Source: Chrysomallon squamiferum | Lineage: Eukaryota; Animalia; Mollusca | Assembly (NCBI GenBank): GCA_012295275.1 | Contig: CM022672.1 | Location: 8,866,001 to 8,930,000, forward strand | Direction: 5' to 3' | Length of the DNA stretch: 64,000 nt | Shown here: piece by piece, positions 48,698 to 64,000 of the stretch | Layout: each line of letters starts with the position of its first letter | How positions within the stretch are numbered: the first letter of the stretch is position 1 | The notes under the pieces: model-generated | The model's input: only the letters and a program-made list of their open reading frames with translations | What the model was told of the DNA's origin: nothing | Database searches by the model: none | Translations under genes and position numbers: made by a program

Positions 48698-48805
48698 CCC
48701 CCTGTTATTTTAGGTATATTATAATTTTATTTATTTATTTCAGTTTGGTTGATATATTTCAAATGCATTTACACGTAAATGTGTCACCACTGAAGAGAAA
48801 CACGA

Positions 48806-64000
<15,195 letters not shown>

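Overview
AT-rich, microsatellite-dense, intron-rich animal genomic DNA, probably a lophotrochozoan such as a mollusc (inferred from protein sequences and repeat types). I reconstructed spliced genes by hand from GT-AG sites and reading phase. They are the 5' part of THNSL2 (minus, runs off the left edge), a complete 10-exon NELF-E (278 aa), a complete 7-exon ZMYND19 (228 aa), a 344-aa antisense ORF inside the last ZMYND19 intron, and a death-fold gene (CARD-like, DED, alpha/beta domain, then an array of duplicated phase-1 coiled-coil exons) running to the right edge. Mobile DNA comprises two Sola2-type non-autonomous elements, a Tc2/pogo-like MITE, a hAT MITE with an 8-bp TSD, a fold-back element, a Tc1-like MITE and a truncated SINE-like 3' end with an 11-bp TSD. 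Three signals stand out. (1) The nested ORF combines a RHIM-like amyloid motif with two gaplessly duplicated, apparently catalytically dead LRAT/PLAAT-type NlpC/P60 domains. (2) The divergent CARD-DED gene has an expanding cassette-exon array and a 1-bp frameshift. (3) Four unrelated tandem arrays in two genes sit on 5' splice sites and multiply the donor motif, and two 3' splice sites are duplicated upstream. All domain calls are by eye and need HMM or structure confirmation.
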